63,134 nt of DNA, filler included, from Octopus bimaculoides (GCF_001194135.2; 4 parts of 4 records of this genome joined end to end with filler, not necessarily neighbours in it); one strand, 5' to 3'; shown: positions 38,221 through 52,487, numbered from the whole stretch's first letter. Notes: a model not told the origin generated them from the sequence alone. Translations and numbers: made by a program.

Positions 38221-38559
38221 TATTTGGAGACAATTAATTGTAACAGCAATGTGTGAAAGCAGTTTGATTACTTTACCATACAATTATAATTGGATTGGCC
38301 TTTATCTGCAACACACAGAAATATTTCACACTTTCAGTCAGAAACTGGTTCCACGAGACAATGTCGACAACTTCATATCGCTTTATCTTTTTNNNNNNNN
38401 NNTCCCTCCCTCTCTCTCTCCTTCTCTCTCTCTCTCTCTCTCCTCTTCTCTCTCCTTCTCTTTCCTTCTCTCTCTCTCTTTCTCTTTCTCTCTCTATTTG
38501 CCAAAGATAACATTTTTGTTTCGTTTTAATCAATGCCTGTATGCATAGCAGTAGTAGTA

Positions 38560-39121
<562 letters not shown>

Positions 39122-39492
39122 CTAGACGCACACACGTGTCTGTGCAGCCAGTAATGCCATGCGTGTGTTAATATATAGAGACTTTGTTTATAATGTAGAG
39201 ATAAGAACGATAACAATAAAGACAATCGCAAACAGCGAAATAATTAAGCAAATGAGTGAGGAAGAGAAGGTGAGAGACTGTGTAGAGAGGATGGGTGGGG
39301 GAGAGAGTGAGACGGAGAAGAAGTATAGAGAGTGAGAAAGGGGGGAGGGAAGCGAAAGAGAGAGAGAGAGAGAAAAGACTTCATAAATGTGTGTATGTGT
39401 GTGTGTTTGTGTGCGTGTGTATTTGCGATCATTTATACATACGAACGCATGCGCACATACGTTTATAGCCGTACCTCGGAATCACATGAAAT

Positions 39493-39698
39493 GTTGATTT
39501 CAAATTTTGGCACAAGACCAGCCATTTTGGAGGTGGAGGTTGGGATTTAAGTTGATTACATCGACCCCATTGTACAACTGGTACTTATTTCATTAACTCC
39601 GCAGACTTCGGCGGAATTTGAACTCAGAACGAAAAGACGGACGAAATTCCACTAAGCATTTTGTCCGGTGTGCTACCGATTCTGCCAGCTCACCACGT
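39493..39698 (-). mobile_element. SINE family 2 copy
   Basis: Reverse complement of the family 2 head and tail (ctaagcattttgtccgg..gattctgccagctcacc). Confidence 0.9.
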
Positions 39699-42031
39699 TT
39701 AATCACACAAGATACTGATAAACGATCGATTATAATAAACAACACAGCAAAAGCAATGAAAGTGGTGGATCGATTACTATATTGAACATAACGGGGGTAA
39801 CTGTATGGTAGAATTAGTTGTTAATTACTTCGCTTTATAATCTGGTTTCGATTCCCACCCAGGCCGGCTGTTCATTCCAGGTATCAATGAAATTAGTATT
39901 AACGAGGTACTGGAGTTGACTGGATCCTTATAAAGCTCTACTTTGTTTTAAAATACAATATAACTAGGAGATCATTGGACTAAATGCCTCGTGTGATTTT
40001 AGATAAATCTCTTACGTTGTGATCGATTCCCACGAAGTTCCACTTTGGCTCCCATGCTTCTGGGTTGATAAAAGAAAGCGTTAATCAGGTGCTGATTTCA
40101 GTCTGATCCACTGCAACCAGTGCCAATAATATCAGGTTTTGTACCAATTTTAGAGAACATTATTTTTAACCTTCTAATGCATCTCTCTTCCATGGAACTG
40201 TAATTCGGTGTAAAACGAAAACTTATCACCTGGTGTCTGGAATTTTGTCACGGACTCACAGCCCTCTGCCAATCAGGTAATACAACCGGTACAATTCTGC
40301 GTCAGCATTTTATAAAGGATTCGTGTTTGAGAAGAACAACAGCGTTTTCGGGGGAAAATTATGGGCATCGGCGAGAAGCAACTCCCACCAGAGGATCTTC
40401 GGCCTTGCAGTGCGGCCCGGAAGAATTTCCAGTTAACAAAACTCTTTCTAGTTCTAGAAGTTCAGTGAACTGGAGCTGTCTGATAAGCATACCGAATAGC
40501 GAAACCATTCTGAGCACTTTCGCTCAGTATCAAGGAATTATTTGTCGACCTTTTTCGAGGATCTGCTGCTGCGTATTTATTGGGTCCAGCTAAATATTCC
40601 CGCCACGTTCTTTTGGCCTAAAAGGGCAAACAGTTTTTATTTTGCCTGGCGAGTTTTGACGACAGAAATTGAGTGACTAAAACGATAGTAAAGACTAATG
40701 ACACACGCTTTCCTTTCTACTCAGGCCTTCATCGGCGTTTTTCAAGTTCCACTTGGAGATGAGGGTTTACGTGAAGATGGAAATACTGCACACCAGAAGA
40801 TGTTAAAAGACACGTGAAAATTATGAGCATGTTCTGAATGCATGGTGCTCACATCACATGTCAGCTGGATGAGGTAGTCAAGGTAGTATCTGTGTGTTTC
40901 TCGAAGTGTCAGTCTTCTTTCACACTGACTATATAATTATATCATAAACTAGCGGAACCCGTGAATACTTCACGGAATTAATGGTGAAAACTTTGTCTAA
41001 AAAAGCCTGAAAGTGTAGCTTGTGTTGCGTTTGTATCAAAAGATAGTCGCTCATCTGCTATTTATTGAAAAATGAAGGAAATTGGAATACCATGATTACT
41101 TAATGAACTTTATGTATACAATTTATATATTTTATGCACAATTTTATAGACTTAATACATAACACTCATAAAATAAATATTCACACTTATTTTTCTATTT
41201 TCCCCATAAACAAAATAAATGAATATCCCGTACATATGATAGAACTTTTAGTTAAATTGCATATATTTGCCATGTAAATAAGCGTGAATATTTCACAGAA
41301 TTGCAATTATGCGCATGCGTTAAGTGATAGGTGATATAAAAAAACTCAGTTCATTTTTTTTTTAAATGCACTTTTCATTATCCAGTCNNNNNNNNNNNNN
41401 NNNNNNNNNNNNNNNNNNNNNNNNNNNNNNNNNNNNNNNNNNNNNNNNNNNNNNNNNNNNNNNNNNNNNNNNNNNNNNNNCTCTCTCTCTCTGTTTTTCG
41501 TTAACCACACCATCAGAACTTAACCCTCTGCTAAAATCATATTTTTAACTCTCCTCCTCCTCTACCTTCAACTAACTTTTTTTTAACCAAGTCATAAATA
41601 TTACGTTCCCCCTACCTCATGTCATGGACGCTTCTCTCTCCCTCTTTTTCTCTCTCCCTCTTTTTCTTTCTTCCGTTTTTCTTTCTCCCTCTTCACTTTA
41701 TCCTTCTTTTCCTTTTTCTTCTTCTTCTCTTTCCTTTCAATTAATCACGTAAAACCGTTACAATCACATTCACTCTACCTCACGTCATAGACACTTCTCC
41801 CTCCCTCGTTTTCGTTCTGCCTCCTTTTCTTTCTCCCTCTTTTTCTCTAATCACGTGAAAGCGTTACCGACGGGCTAAGTAACGCAATGACAGGCAAAAT
41901 TATTATAAGATACTATCATTTCGCTTTTACTTTCCCTCCGTTTACTTCACTGTTAAACCCTCTCAGTTTTCTAACTTACACATTGAACCTCCTCACCATT
42001 CTTCTTCTTTGTGGCAATAACAATGAAGCCA

Positions 42032-42248
42032 AAGGCAGCGAGCTAGCAGAAACGTTAGCACGCCGGGCGAAATGCTTAGCGGTATTTCGTCTGTCTTTAC
42101 GTTCTGAGTTCAAATTGCGCCGAGGTCGAGTTTGCCTTTCGTACTTTCGGAGTCGATAAATTAAATACCAGTTGTGTACTGGTGTCGATCTAATCGATTG
42201 GCCCCCTCCCCCAAAATTCCGGGCCTTGTGCCTAAAGTAGAAAAGAAT
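42032..42248 (+). mobile_element. SINE family 2, well-preserved full-length copy (tRNA-like A and B boxes)
   Basis: aaggcagcgagctagcagaaacgttagc...gagttcaaattgcgccg...gggccttgtgcctaaagtagaaaagaat; more decayed copies follow at 42405-42548 and 42625-42735. Confidence 0.92.
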
Positions 42249-42553
42249 AACAATGAAACCATTATCATTTGTCTTTCGTTCTTGATGGGGGGGGGGGCGA
42301 AAATATAAAGAACCAATGAAGAAGTGAAATCGATGAACTTGTTTAAACACCTCTCCTCAAAATTATTCATGTGCCTAAATCCGAAACCATTTATGGCAAT
42401 TCTAGGGCAGAATGACCTCGCAAAAAATGTTTCGTAGCAATTCTTTTGGCTCTTTATGTTCTGAGTTCAAATTCCGCCGAGGTTCACTTGACCTTTCATC
42501 CTTTCGCGGTCGATAAAATAAGTAACAATTGAGCACTGCGGTCGATAATTATT

Positions 42554-42597
<44 letters not shown>

Positions 42598-43254
42598 TAT
42601 CATCATTATTATTATCGATAGAATGTCGGGCAAATTCTTTCAATTGTTTAGTTGCAACTTTCTTACATTCTAAGTTCAAAAATTACCGAAGTCATCTTTT
42701 CTTCTCATCTTAAGAGATCGATAAAATAAAGAACAGAGAGTGACACCATCCGTATGGTTCTATACATTATGTATGTTATCTAATCTATTATACACAAATC
42801 ACAGCCACACAAAATATACACTCGTCTACCTGTACACTGAAAATTATTTTTATTGAACACGAAAACACGGAAAAAAGATGGCATTTCAACTGATATAATA
42901 GAATAAACGAATCAAAGAATATAGGTGAGAACGAATAAAAGGAATAATGGAATAAACAATGAGGTGTGTGTAATATAAACAAATAATTTACGAACAACAT
43001 CTGTAGAATTCTATTATAAATATTGCGACTTATTTATAACTTTATATTAGGCTATCTTTTCCTCTATTCTTACATTCATACCTATATACATAGAATATGT
43101 TTCTGTGTATGTGTTTCTATGTGTGTGTTTGTATGTGTGTGTGAGTCTCTGTGTGTATGATTGTAGGTTTATGTGCATTTACGTATGTATTTGTGAGTGT
43201 AAGACTAGATATCTATGTTCGCATGTGCTTATCGGTATGTGTGTATATATGTTA

Positions 43255-43416
43255 TATATATGAATGTATTTATGTATGTATAAATGTATGTATGTATGTA
43301 TGTATGAGTGAATGTATGTATGAATGTATGTATATATGTATGCATTATGTATGTATGTATGTATTTATGTATGTATGTATGTATTATGCATGAATGTATG
43401 TATGTATATATGTATG

Positions 43417-43450
<34 letters not shown>

Positions 43451-43660
43451 TGTATGAATGTATGAATTTCCCAACTACAATTTCCACTTTCTCCATACGA
43501 CGCACCATAATCACTCCTTCATCCCCAGAGATTGGCTACTTCAGAATCTCCCTCTTGTTGATGTATGAATGTATGTATGTATTATATATGTATGCATGTA
43601 TTATGTATGCGTATGTGTGTATGTTTGAATTAATGTATGTTATGTATGTTATGTATGAAT
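43255..43660. repeat. (TATG)n microsatellite enclosing a ~95-bp CR1-type RT C-terminal fragment (43466-43560)
   Basis: The insert translates on + as TTHHNHSFIPRDWLLQNLP, resembling the RTT.Y.HSFIPRT..LWN.LP end of CR1/L2-type RTs. Confidence 0.7.
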
Positions 43661-43861
43661 GTAATTACACGCGTGTGTCTGGTTGGGGTTAACTGCGCAT
43701 GCGACTGTCCTCGCCTTTCTCCGTCTCATTTCTGTCTTTCAATGCTCACCTTTCAGTCGCTTTGTTTTTTCTTTCTCTCTCCTACTATACCCCCACTCAT
43801 TTCTTTTTCCCTCGACCTCTCTCTCTCTCTTTCTCCTTCTCTTTCTCTCTCTCTTTCTCCT

Positions 43862-43892
<31 letters not shown>

Positions 43893-44078
43893 CTCTCTCC
43901 CTTTCTCTTTCTCTCTCTCTATTCTATTTCTTCAGTCGTTCCTCCTCTCTTGTATTTCTCCGTTTTTTTCTTTATATTTTACGTAATTTCACGAAAAGAT
44001 GTAAAAGGAATTAAAAAGTGTGTATGTGTACGTGTGAGAGAGAAAGAGAAGGAGAAAGAATGAAAGGGAGAAATGAAA

Positions 44079-44114
<36 letters not shown>

Positions 44115-44231
44115 ACAAAATATGTTCGAAGGAGAGCCTCGAGAACGAACGCTAAGATAATGGACATGGATAAAAGGACTGCGATAATAGAGAAACAAAT
44201 CAAAGTAAAATATACTTAATATACAGAGAGT

Positions 44232-44904
44232 AGAGTTTACAATCAAACGACAGAATCGCGTTCGGTTGTGATCCCTACACTCTTCCATACACACAATGGC
44301 CTGTTTGACGCCACATCCAACAACGTTCACTTTTTATGCAGGTGATACGATCCTTCATATCTCCTTCAAGTTCCCGGACCTTGTATTATCGGCATCTAAC
44401 CAAGACATCACACGACTAACTTGCATCAATTTCATTAACAGAAACCTCGAGAGCATTTCCCCAGTGCAACTGTATCACTCTTATGTCTTTTACCAACAAG
44501 GAAACCCAACAATTATATATATAAATACAATACAATTGCACTAGACGACCCCTAATCATCAGTGACACTCATCTAGAGCCCCAGAATTACTTTATAAGCT
44601 GAGCATCAATACCCCTCCGACAGTGTCCCCTGGTGAAAGTTTATCATTGACATAGCTAAGATCGCATCCCAAAGACTAATCTTTCTGTTTAGGCGCAGAA
44701 GGTATCTCGGCCTCCAGCAGCTGTTGACACTCTACAAGCCTTGGTGAGGCCCACAATGGAGTGATGTTGCTACATAAGGGATGCTGCTGCTGCTGCCTAC
44801 ACTAACATGGCATCCAGAGAAGGGCTACGCCATCACAAATGTACCTAATGACTGGCGTTAATGATTGGTACTCCATCGCTAATGTACTAGTGTGCTGTTC
44901 CATC

Positions 44905-44948
<44 letters not shown>

Positions 44949-45170
44949 GTACTGTCACTACTATAATTGTCCTTACTCCATGGAGCTGAGTGGTCTCGTT
45001 ACTCCATCGCTGAGGTACGTGGCGTACCGTACGCCCATCCTGCTTGTCTCAGTACCCTTGGGGTACTCAACTACAATTTCCACAGTTACAAGTTTCATTC
45101 CACTGCTTGAGTGCAGTGCATTCAATAAGCAACTCACTCTACTCCACCTTGGCATATAACTGGTATGAAG
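44232..45170 (+). mobile_element. Degraded CR1/L2-group reverse transcriptase fragment
   Basis: SPTLF..N.L; FYAGDT (for YADD); DIAKIASQRLIFLFRRRRYLGLQQLLTLYK.LVRPTME; SITSLSL..YCHYYN.YSMELSGLV. Confidence 0.85.
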
Positions 45171-47324
45171 TGATGTAATCATATTGTGATGAAGCTGATC
45201 TGCATCGAAACTTCCATGTTGCATTTTGCTGTCACATTTTCAATGTTCCGTGTTGTTAAGAGTGGAAGGACCAAGAGCGTGTCTAACTCTACTGGGAACT
45301 ACATACAAAGTGAAAACAACCAACGAGAATATGATGATGGAAGGTACCAGATTATCCTCGCTTGCCAGTGATTGCTACGCTATATGCATTAACACTGGTG
45401 CACGCGCGAATACACTCTCTCTTTCTTTCTCTTTCACACACACATACACACAACAAAATGGAGTCTGAGGGAAAGACCAAATAAGAATATTTACTGTTTT
45501 ATTAAAACACAGAATTGAATATCGGGAGAGATTCTTCTTAACACATGAACGAAACTACTAGTTTCAACCACGGTCATGTGAAACCGTACCAAATTGAACT
45601 AGAGCCTTGAAGTAGAAAGGGAAAGGGAGATAGAGTGGGGGGAAAGAGAGACTAACAGACAGATAAAGAAGGAGAAATTAAAATGGTAAACATTTCCAAC
45701 CAATTCCTGTTTTGCCAATATGTAGTGGAATACAGTAAATGGCGAATTCTTGGTTCCACAGACAAATGTGGAAGATATTAATCTTTATCGTTGATCATCT
45801 TTGATCTAATTATAACAATGTGCAGCAGAAATGATCTTAATCGTGCAAAATGTCCTCGATTACATTTAATTAATTATGATAAAATCAACTGATTTTCTTA
45901 AACGATGATATCACAACTAATGCTATTATTTTCATTACCATATTTAAGGGAAGTAGTGGCGGTGGTGGTGGTGGTGGTGGCGGTANNNNNNNNNNNNNNN
46001 NNNNNNNNNNNNNNNNNNNNNNNNNNNNNNNNNNNNNNNNNNNNNNNNNNNNNNNNNNNNNNNNNNNNNNNNNNNNNNNNNNNNNNNNNNNNNNNNNNNN
46101 NNNNNNNNNNNNNNNNNNNNNNNNNNNNNNNNNNNNNNNNNNNNNNNNNNNNNNNNNNNNNNNNNNNNNNNNNNNNNNNNNNNNNNNNNNNNNNNNNNNN
46201 NNNNNNNNNNNNNNNNNNNNNNNNNNNNNNNNNNNNNNNNNNNNNNNNNNNNNNNNNNNNNNNNNNNNNNNNNNNNNNNNNNNNNNNNNNNNNNNNNNNN
46301 NNNNNNNNNNNNNNNNNNNNNNNNNNNNNNNNNNNNNNNNNNNNNNNNNNNNNNNNNNNNNNNNNNNNNNNNNNNNNNNNNNNNNNNNNNNNNNNNNNNN
46401 NNNNNNNNNNNNNNNNNNNNNNNNNNNNNNNNNNNNNNNNNNNNNNNNNNNNNNNNNNNNNNNNNNNNNNNNNNNNNNNNNNNNNNNNNNNNNNNNNNNN
46501 NNNNNNNNNNNNNNNNNNNNNNNNNNNNNNNNGTGGTGGCGGTGGTGGTGGTGGTGGTTGTAACATTGTTGGACTAAACATCTAACAGTATTGAGGTTCG
46601 CTTCACTACGTTTTTAGTTGAAATAACTCCCGGCTGAATATTTGCTTTTGTCTCTCTGGAATCGGTAAAATATCTCCAAAACATATTCTTGTGTTGATTC
46701 ATTCCTCTAAATCGCTTTTCTGAAAATGAAGAGCTTTAATATTTCATTCAGTCCGGTGGGAATGTCATGGATGGACTTAGAGCGTTTACATACGTACATT
46801 CTAGGTACGATTTCGAATCTCGGCAATCTTCAACTTGATATTTCTGACTAAAACCGTTGATAAAATATGTGACTGAATTATACCGGAAGTGAAGCGGGTG
46901 ACAACATTGCTGTGCAACAAGAACTGGATTTTAAATCGAGCTGCTTATTATTCACGAGTCAAGAAACTACGATCTTTAGGGTTTGTTTTGGTGAGGTGTA
47001 CAGAGTCTAAGTTTTTGTACAACCGCTTGAGTCATTCAGTCCATATCCTGTAGACTATACATAATTTAGATGTCCGTTCAAGCAGGCAGTCACGAGTAGG
47101 GCGTGGCGCCAAATGAAGCTTGTGTCCTTTAAATAAAGAATAATTGTTGATTGATACTCTCTAACAATTTACAACTGAGTTTTATGTTCTCTACAACAAC
47201 AACTGAATGAAAGACAAATCAAGCATGATGACGATTGAACTCATAAATTTGGGATAACGAAGTGGATTATATAAAACAACCAGCGGGGCTTTCAAATGAC
47301 TTCACTATTGACTGACTTACTGGT

Positions 47325-47533
47325 GTTGATTTCAAAAGTGTGCGCAGGGTCACAACTTGTGGGAAAGGATAGATACAAATAATTAGCCCCAGGACTTCAA
47401 TAGAACTTTTGCTAATCGACCGTGGAAGGATGAAAAGCAAGGTCTACATCGGTGAGATTTGAACGCAGAATGTAAAGGATTCTAACTAAATACCCAAAAT
47501 TATTATACCCAACGCTCTAGCGATTCTACCAAC
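47325..47533 (-). mobile_element. SINE family 2, diverged copy
   Basis: gaaggatgaaaagcaaggtctacatcggtgagatttgaacgcagaatgtaaag is the reverse complement of the family 2 core. Confidence 0.75.
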
Positions 47534-47575
47534 TGAAATTTTTGAAAACACAAATACACAAACACTCACACACAG

Positions 47576-47627
<52 letters not shown>

Positions 47628-48619
47628 NNNNNNNNNNNNNNNNNNNNNNNNNNNNNNNNNNNNNNNNNNNNNNNNNNNNNNNNNNNNNNNNNNNNNNNNN
47701 NNNNNNNNNNNNNNNNNNNNNNNNNNNNNNNNNNNNNNNNNNNNNNNNNNNNNNNNNNNNNNNNNNNNNNNNNNNNNNNNNNNNNNNNNNNNNNNNNNNN
47801 NNNNNNNNNNNNNNNNNNNNNNNNNNNNNNNNNNNNNNNNNNNNNNNNNNNNNNNNNNNNNNNNNNNNNNNNNNNNNNNNNNNNNNNNNNNNNNNNNNNN
47901 NNNNNNNNNNNNNNNNNNNNNNNNNNNNNNNNNNNNNNNNNNNNNNNNNNNNNNNNNNNNNNNNNNNNNNNNNNNNNNNNNNNNNNNNNNNNNNNNNNNN
48001 NNNNNNNNNNNNNNNNNNNNNNNNNNNNNNNNNNNNNNNNNNNNNNNNNNNNNNNNNNNNNNNNNNNNNNNNNNNNNNNNNNNNNNNNNNNNNNNNNNNN
48101 NNNNNNNNNNNNNNNNNNNNNNNNNNNNNNNNNNNNNNNNNNNNNNNNNNNNNNNNNNNNNNNNNNNNNNNNNNNNNNNNNNNNNNNNNNNNNNNNNNNN
48201 NNNNNNNNNNNNNNNNNNNNNNNNNNNNNNNNNNNNNNNNNNNNNNNNNNNNNNNNNNNNNNNNNNNNNNNNNNNNNNNNNNNNNNNNNNNNNNNNNNNN
48301 NNNNNNNNNNNNNNNNNNNNNNNNNNNNNNNNNNNNNNNNNNNNNNNNNNNNNNNNNNNNNNNNNNNNNNNNNNNNNNNNNNNNNNNNNNNNNNNNNNNN
48401 NNNNNNNNNNNNNNNNNNNNNNNNNNNNNNNNNNNNNNNNNNNNNNNNNNNNNNNNNNNNNNNNNNNNNNNNNNNNNNNNNNNNNNNNNNNNNNNNNNNN
48501 NNNNNNNNNNNNNNNNNNNNNNNNNNNNNNNNNNNNNNNNNNNNNNNNNNNNNNNNNNNNNNNNNNNNNNNNNNNNNNNNNNNNNNNNNNNNNNNNNNNN
48601 NNNNNNNNNNNNNNNNNNN

Positions 48620-48651
<32 letters not shown>

Positions 48652-48717
48652 GTAACAAAAACCATACGGTATTTAATTCATTCTGCTACTGTTTCTGCTA
48701 ATATACTATGTTCAATT

Positions 48718-48934
48718 AAGGCGGCGAGCTGACAGAATCGTTCGCACTCCGGACAAAATGCTTAGCGGCATTTCGTCCGTTTTCATTTTCTGAGTTCAAA
48801 TTCTACCGACGTCTACTTTGCCCTTCATCCTTACGGCGTTGCTAAAATATCTACCAGTTGAGCACTCGGGTCGATCCAATCGACTTGCTCCCTCCACCGA
48901 TATTGCTCGTCTTGAGCCGAAATTTGACACCAAC
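48718..48934 (+). mobile_element. SINE family 2, complete 217-bp copy with a perfect 15-bp TSD
   Basis: TSD atactatgttcaatt at 48703-48717 and 48935-48949; an opposite-strand family 2 fragment follows at 48955-49085. Confidence 0.95.
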
Positions 48935-50151
48935 ATACTATGTTCAATTGAGCAGCGATACTGATTTCGAATTTGGACACAAGGCCAGTAATTTTCAGCC
49001 AGTCGACTACTGGTTATGTATTTTATCAGTCCCGTAAAGATGAAAGACAAAGTTGACTTCGGTGAGATTTGAAACCAGGAGGTAAAGAGACGTAACAATC
49101 TATCAGTAATAATGAACGAATCGAGATAGTTTTGATGAGTAGATTAATATTCTCTATCTTCCAAATACTCAAAGGAATATATAAGAAGAGAGCGTAAGGT
49201 TGATGAAGACTGCATCTCACCTACCTGGTCATTATTGCTGATATACCGTAGCATTATAACGCTCTGCAGAGTATCAACATCATAGGCTTGAGGTGGCCAT
49301 CACTGTAGCATCTCTGCTTCAAAAATAACTGCCAGTTTCAGCGACAACAATTATTTTGCTTCGATATCAATAATATCACACATCATTGGTGACATTAGAT
49401 GTGCTTTTTAGTGAATCGGAAAACAAAAGAAACGATTTTCATTGCAACTCATTGATACGGAAAAAGTCTTTCCATCTGATATAATAACATAAAAGGAGTA
49501 AAAGAAAAAAAAAAGAAAAGGAAAAATAAAGTATTAATCCAGATAATTGTTGCAGCGAGCTAAAAGTGCTTTCAGTGAAAACGAAATTGTTATTGATATT
49601 CATTGATAAATCTTACATCTTCACCACCACAGCATCAAATGTTACAAAACAAAATGATAAAAAAACAATCACATATACCTCGAGATATTAGTACTATCTC
49701 TATCTATATTTTACCAGAATTACTTATGTTATCGATGTCTATTTGATGGTAATGCTTGCCAAATCTCAAAAGAGATTGCATTCCTTAAGAATATGGTTTA
49801 TTATTACCGAGTAAGCTACATTATCAACACTTCGCAAGCAAAGACAAACGAGGAGAAAACAAAACATTAATGGAGGTAATGTTTTATCGCTCTTGACGGC
49901 TAAGTTAAATCTTTTAACATTAAATAATAGATCTCTGCTTGTCTCTTTCGAATATGGCCGACATTTTGTGTTTGAAACATTAGGGCTGTCTTTGAAACTA
50001 CTTAGTCGTAAGTAAACTGTTTAGGTAGATACAGAATCCCCTAAATTTCTGTCACAGAACAGAAATACTGGGCAACTATATATAAACACACATACACACA
50101 CACATAGGCATATGTATGCACAGGTATGCGTGCACACACACACACACACAT

Positions 50152-50196
<45 letters not shown>

Positions 50197-50601
50197 GGCG
50201 CAGGCATTGCTGTGTGGTAAGAACCTTGCTTCCCAAACACATAGGCCCGAGTTCAGTCTCACTACGTGGCACCTTGGCCAAGTGTCTTCTACTATAGCCT
50301 CGAGCCGACCAAAGCCTTGTGAGTGGATTTGGTAGACGGAAACTTAAAGAAGCCCGTCGTATATATATATATGTGTGTGTGTACGCGTGTGTGTGTGTTT
50401 GTTTGTCCCCACCACCACTATCGCTTGACAACCGATGATGGTGTGTTTTCGTCCTCTAACTTACCGGTACGGCAAAAGAGACCAATAGAATACCTACTAG
50501 GTTTACAAAGAATAAGTCCTGGGGTCGACTTGTGCGACTAAAAACAGTGCTCCAGCATGGCCGCAGTGAAATGACTGAACCAAATAAAATAATAAAAGAA
50601 T
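50197..50601 (+). mobile_element. SINE family 1, complete copy (tRNA-like head, internal TA/TG microsatellite, CR1/L2-like tail)
   Basis: A box ttgctgtgtggtaag; B box gagttcagtctc; internal (TA)/(TG); tail gtgctccagcatggccgcagtgaaatgactgaacc..aaaagaat. Confidence 0.92.
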
Positions 50602-50800
50602 ATATTAGTATTATAAAGAAAACGTTGAGAGGGACTTCGAAGTTTCGGCTTGCCTTCATCAGCTGGAAGTTGAAAGTCGTTGTCGACCTTTTCCTTGTAA
50701 AGGTTACAGAATGGTATTGAATCATCCTTCAGTTGAATGTTAAATCGTTTGCATGCGTAACTTAAAATAACAACAAACATTACTCTCTCTCTCTCTGTGC

Positions 50801-50831
<31 letters not shown>

Positions 50832-50939
50832 CAAGTGCTTGCGGCGGTTCATGTGTGCTTATAATTATTTCAAGATTCGTGTTGACTGAGACCTTAATCT
50901 TCGCCTGTCGGTTTATCCAGTCTCTCAGATTCTTCAGAA

Positions 50940-51380
50940 TCATCCTCCTCTTCCTCCTCATCATCATCATTATCGGCATCGTCACGATTGTCATTGTTAG
51001 TGGGCCAGGGCAACGTGGTTGCCCAGCCTATCCGAAAGGACTCCCAGCCCAGGGGACCAGGGACACTTTTCAGGAATCCTAGACTTGCTAGTGACACCTG
51101 CAGTGAACGGAGAATTGTTGCTGGTTTCAAATATATCCTACAGACAAGAAAATGCTCACCGACGGGTCTTTCCGACTCAGAGCTATGAAGCTGTTTGCAC
51201 TGTTTCATTCAGTGTCCACTTAATACAGAATTGTGAAATTAAGTCGAACAGGAACTGGCTCGTGTTCAGTCGTGGCCACCATGAAGATCGCCTCACCATC
51301 TTCAGTCAACCGAGAAGAGTAAGTTGTTCTCCCTCTATCAGGAAGCTATGGGCAAGAACAGACTGAAAGGACTAAATATT
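50940..51380 (-). mobile_element. Possible LINE 3' end with terminal stem-loop and (GAT/GAG)n tail
   Basis: Minus frame ..PVGEHFLVCRIY.. ends near the perfect hairpin gggcaac-gtg-gttgccc (51008-51024), followed by a trinucleotide tail; family not recognised. Confidence 0.35.
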
Positions 51381-51719
51381 AAAAGGCCAATGAATTAAAA
51401 CGACTAAAAACAGTTACATTCGTCTATAGCCAAACTCTCACGAACTTCTCGTGGGTGGGGTGTAATTTTCTAAAAGGTAGGTTGGCGAGGTAACAATAGC
51501 CCAAGAGAACAGCATGTAAGTCTGAAGCGTAAAACGCAATGAGAAAGAATATATTCCCTTGGTGGTCGGGATAACCGGGCGAAAACATCCTGCGCCTCCT
51601 TAGAAACTACTACTGACGACCTTCCATACAAACCCCAAACTCTTGAATTAACATACCTCAAAGAAGACCGGCGAAACGAGACACTCTCTTCGTAGACGAC
51701 ATCTGTGGCTGCACCTCTC

Positions 51720-51888
51720 TATATACGACAGGCTTCTTTCAGTTTCCGTCTACCAAATCCGCTCACTCACAAGGCTATGGTCGGCCCAAAGCTATAATAA
51801 GAGACACTTGCCCAAGGTGCCACGCAGTGAGACTGAACCCGAAACCATGTGGTTGATAAGCAAGCTACTTACCACACACCCACTCCTG
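51720..51888 (-). mobile_element. SINE family 1, 5' half
   Basis: Reverse complement of the 50197-50370 copy; CpGs retained. Confidence 0.92.
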
Positions 51889-52487
51889 TTACATTTTTTA
51901 TTTTTTATTATTCTGCTTTCCATAATCGATTCTGCATAAACCGTAAATATTCGTATGGATTTTCTCGTAATGTCCCTTCACCTGTTGCTCTTGTGGCAAA
52001 TAAAATAAAAGTCTTCCTTATCAGTATTAAGTCTTCTTGTTCATATTTTGTGCATAAGTGTAAACTACATTGATAATATTCCGGTTGCAGCCATATTTAC
52101 TGTTTACAAAGACATTAAATAGCTGGTTAAATCAACATTATTTGATCAATGTGTGTTTATATATTTCTATACTAACTGTTAATCGATCTGCACCTCTCTG
52201 ATTGGGTGGCCTATTAAATATACGTTCATTTCTTTTGAAGTAGAAAAACCATCACAGTTAATATCGCCGTTATTGGTAATATGATCTCTGTGATTGAAAT
52301 AACCGGATTTGATATACACATCACGTGGCAAAACAGCATCGTCATCAGCATCAGCATCATCAACAGTAACAGCAGCATAATCGTCATTACGGCAAATTTA
52401 TCATCATTGTCATCATCAACATCATCATACGTTAATAGCAACAACAATGATAACAGTAATAATAATAACAATAATAATAATAATAAC

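Noticed and set aside
40300-40530. ctgataa..gaaac motif with a ctgagc/gctcag hairpin; possible CR1 3' end on the minus strand
   Set aside because: G8 is missing and helices I/III do not pair; the CR1 similarity is too weak to support.
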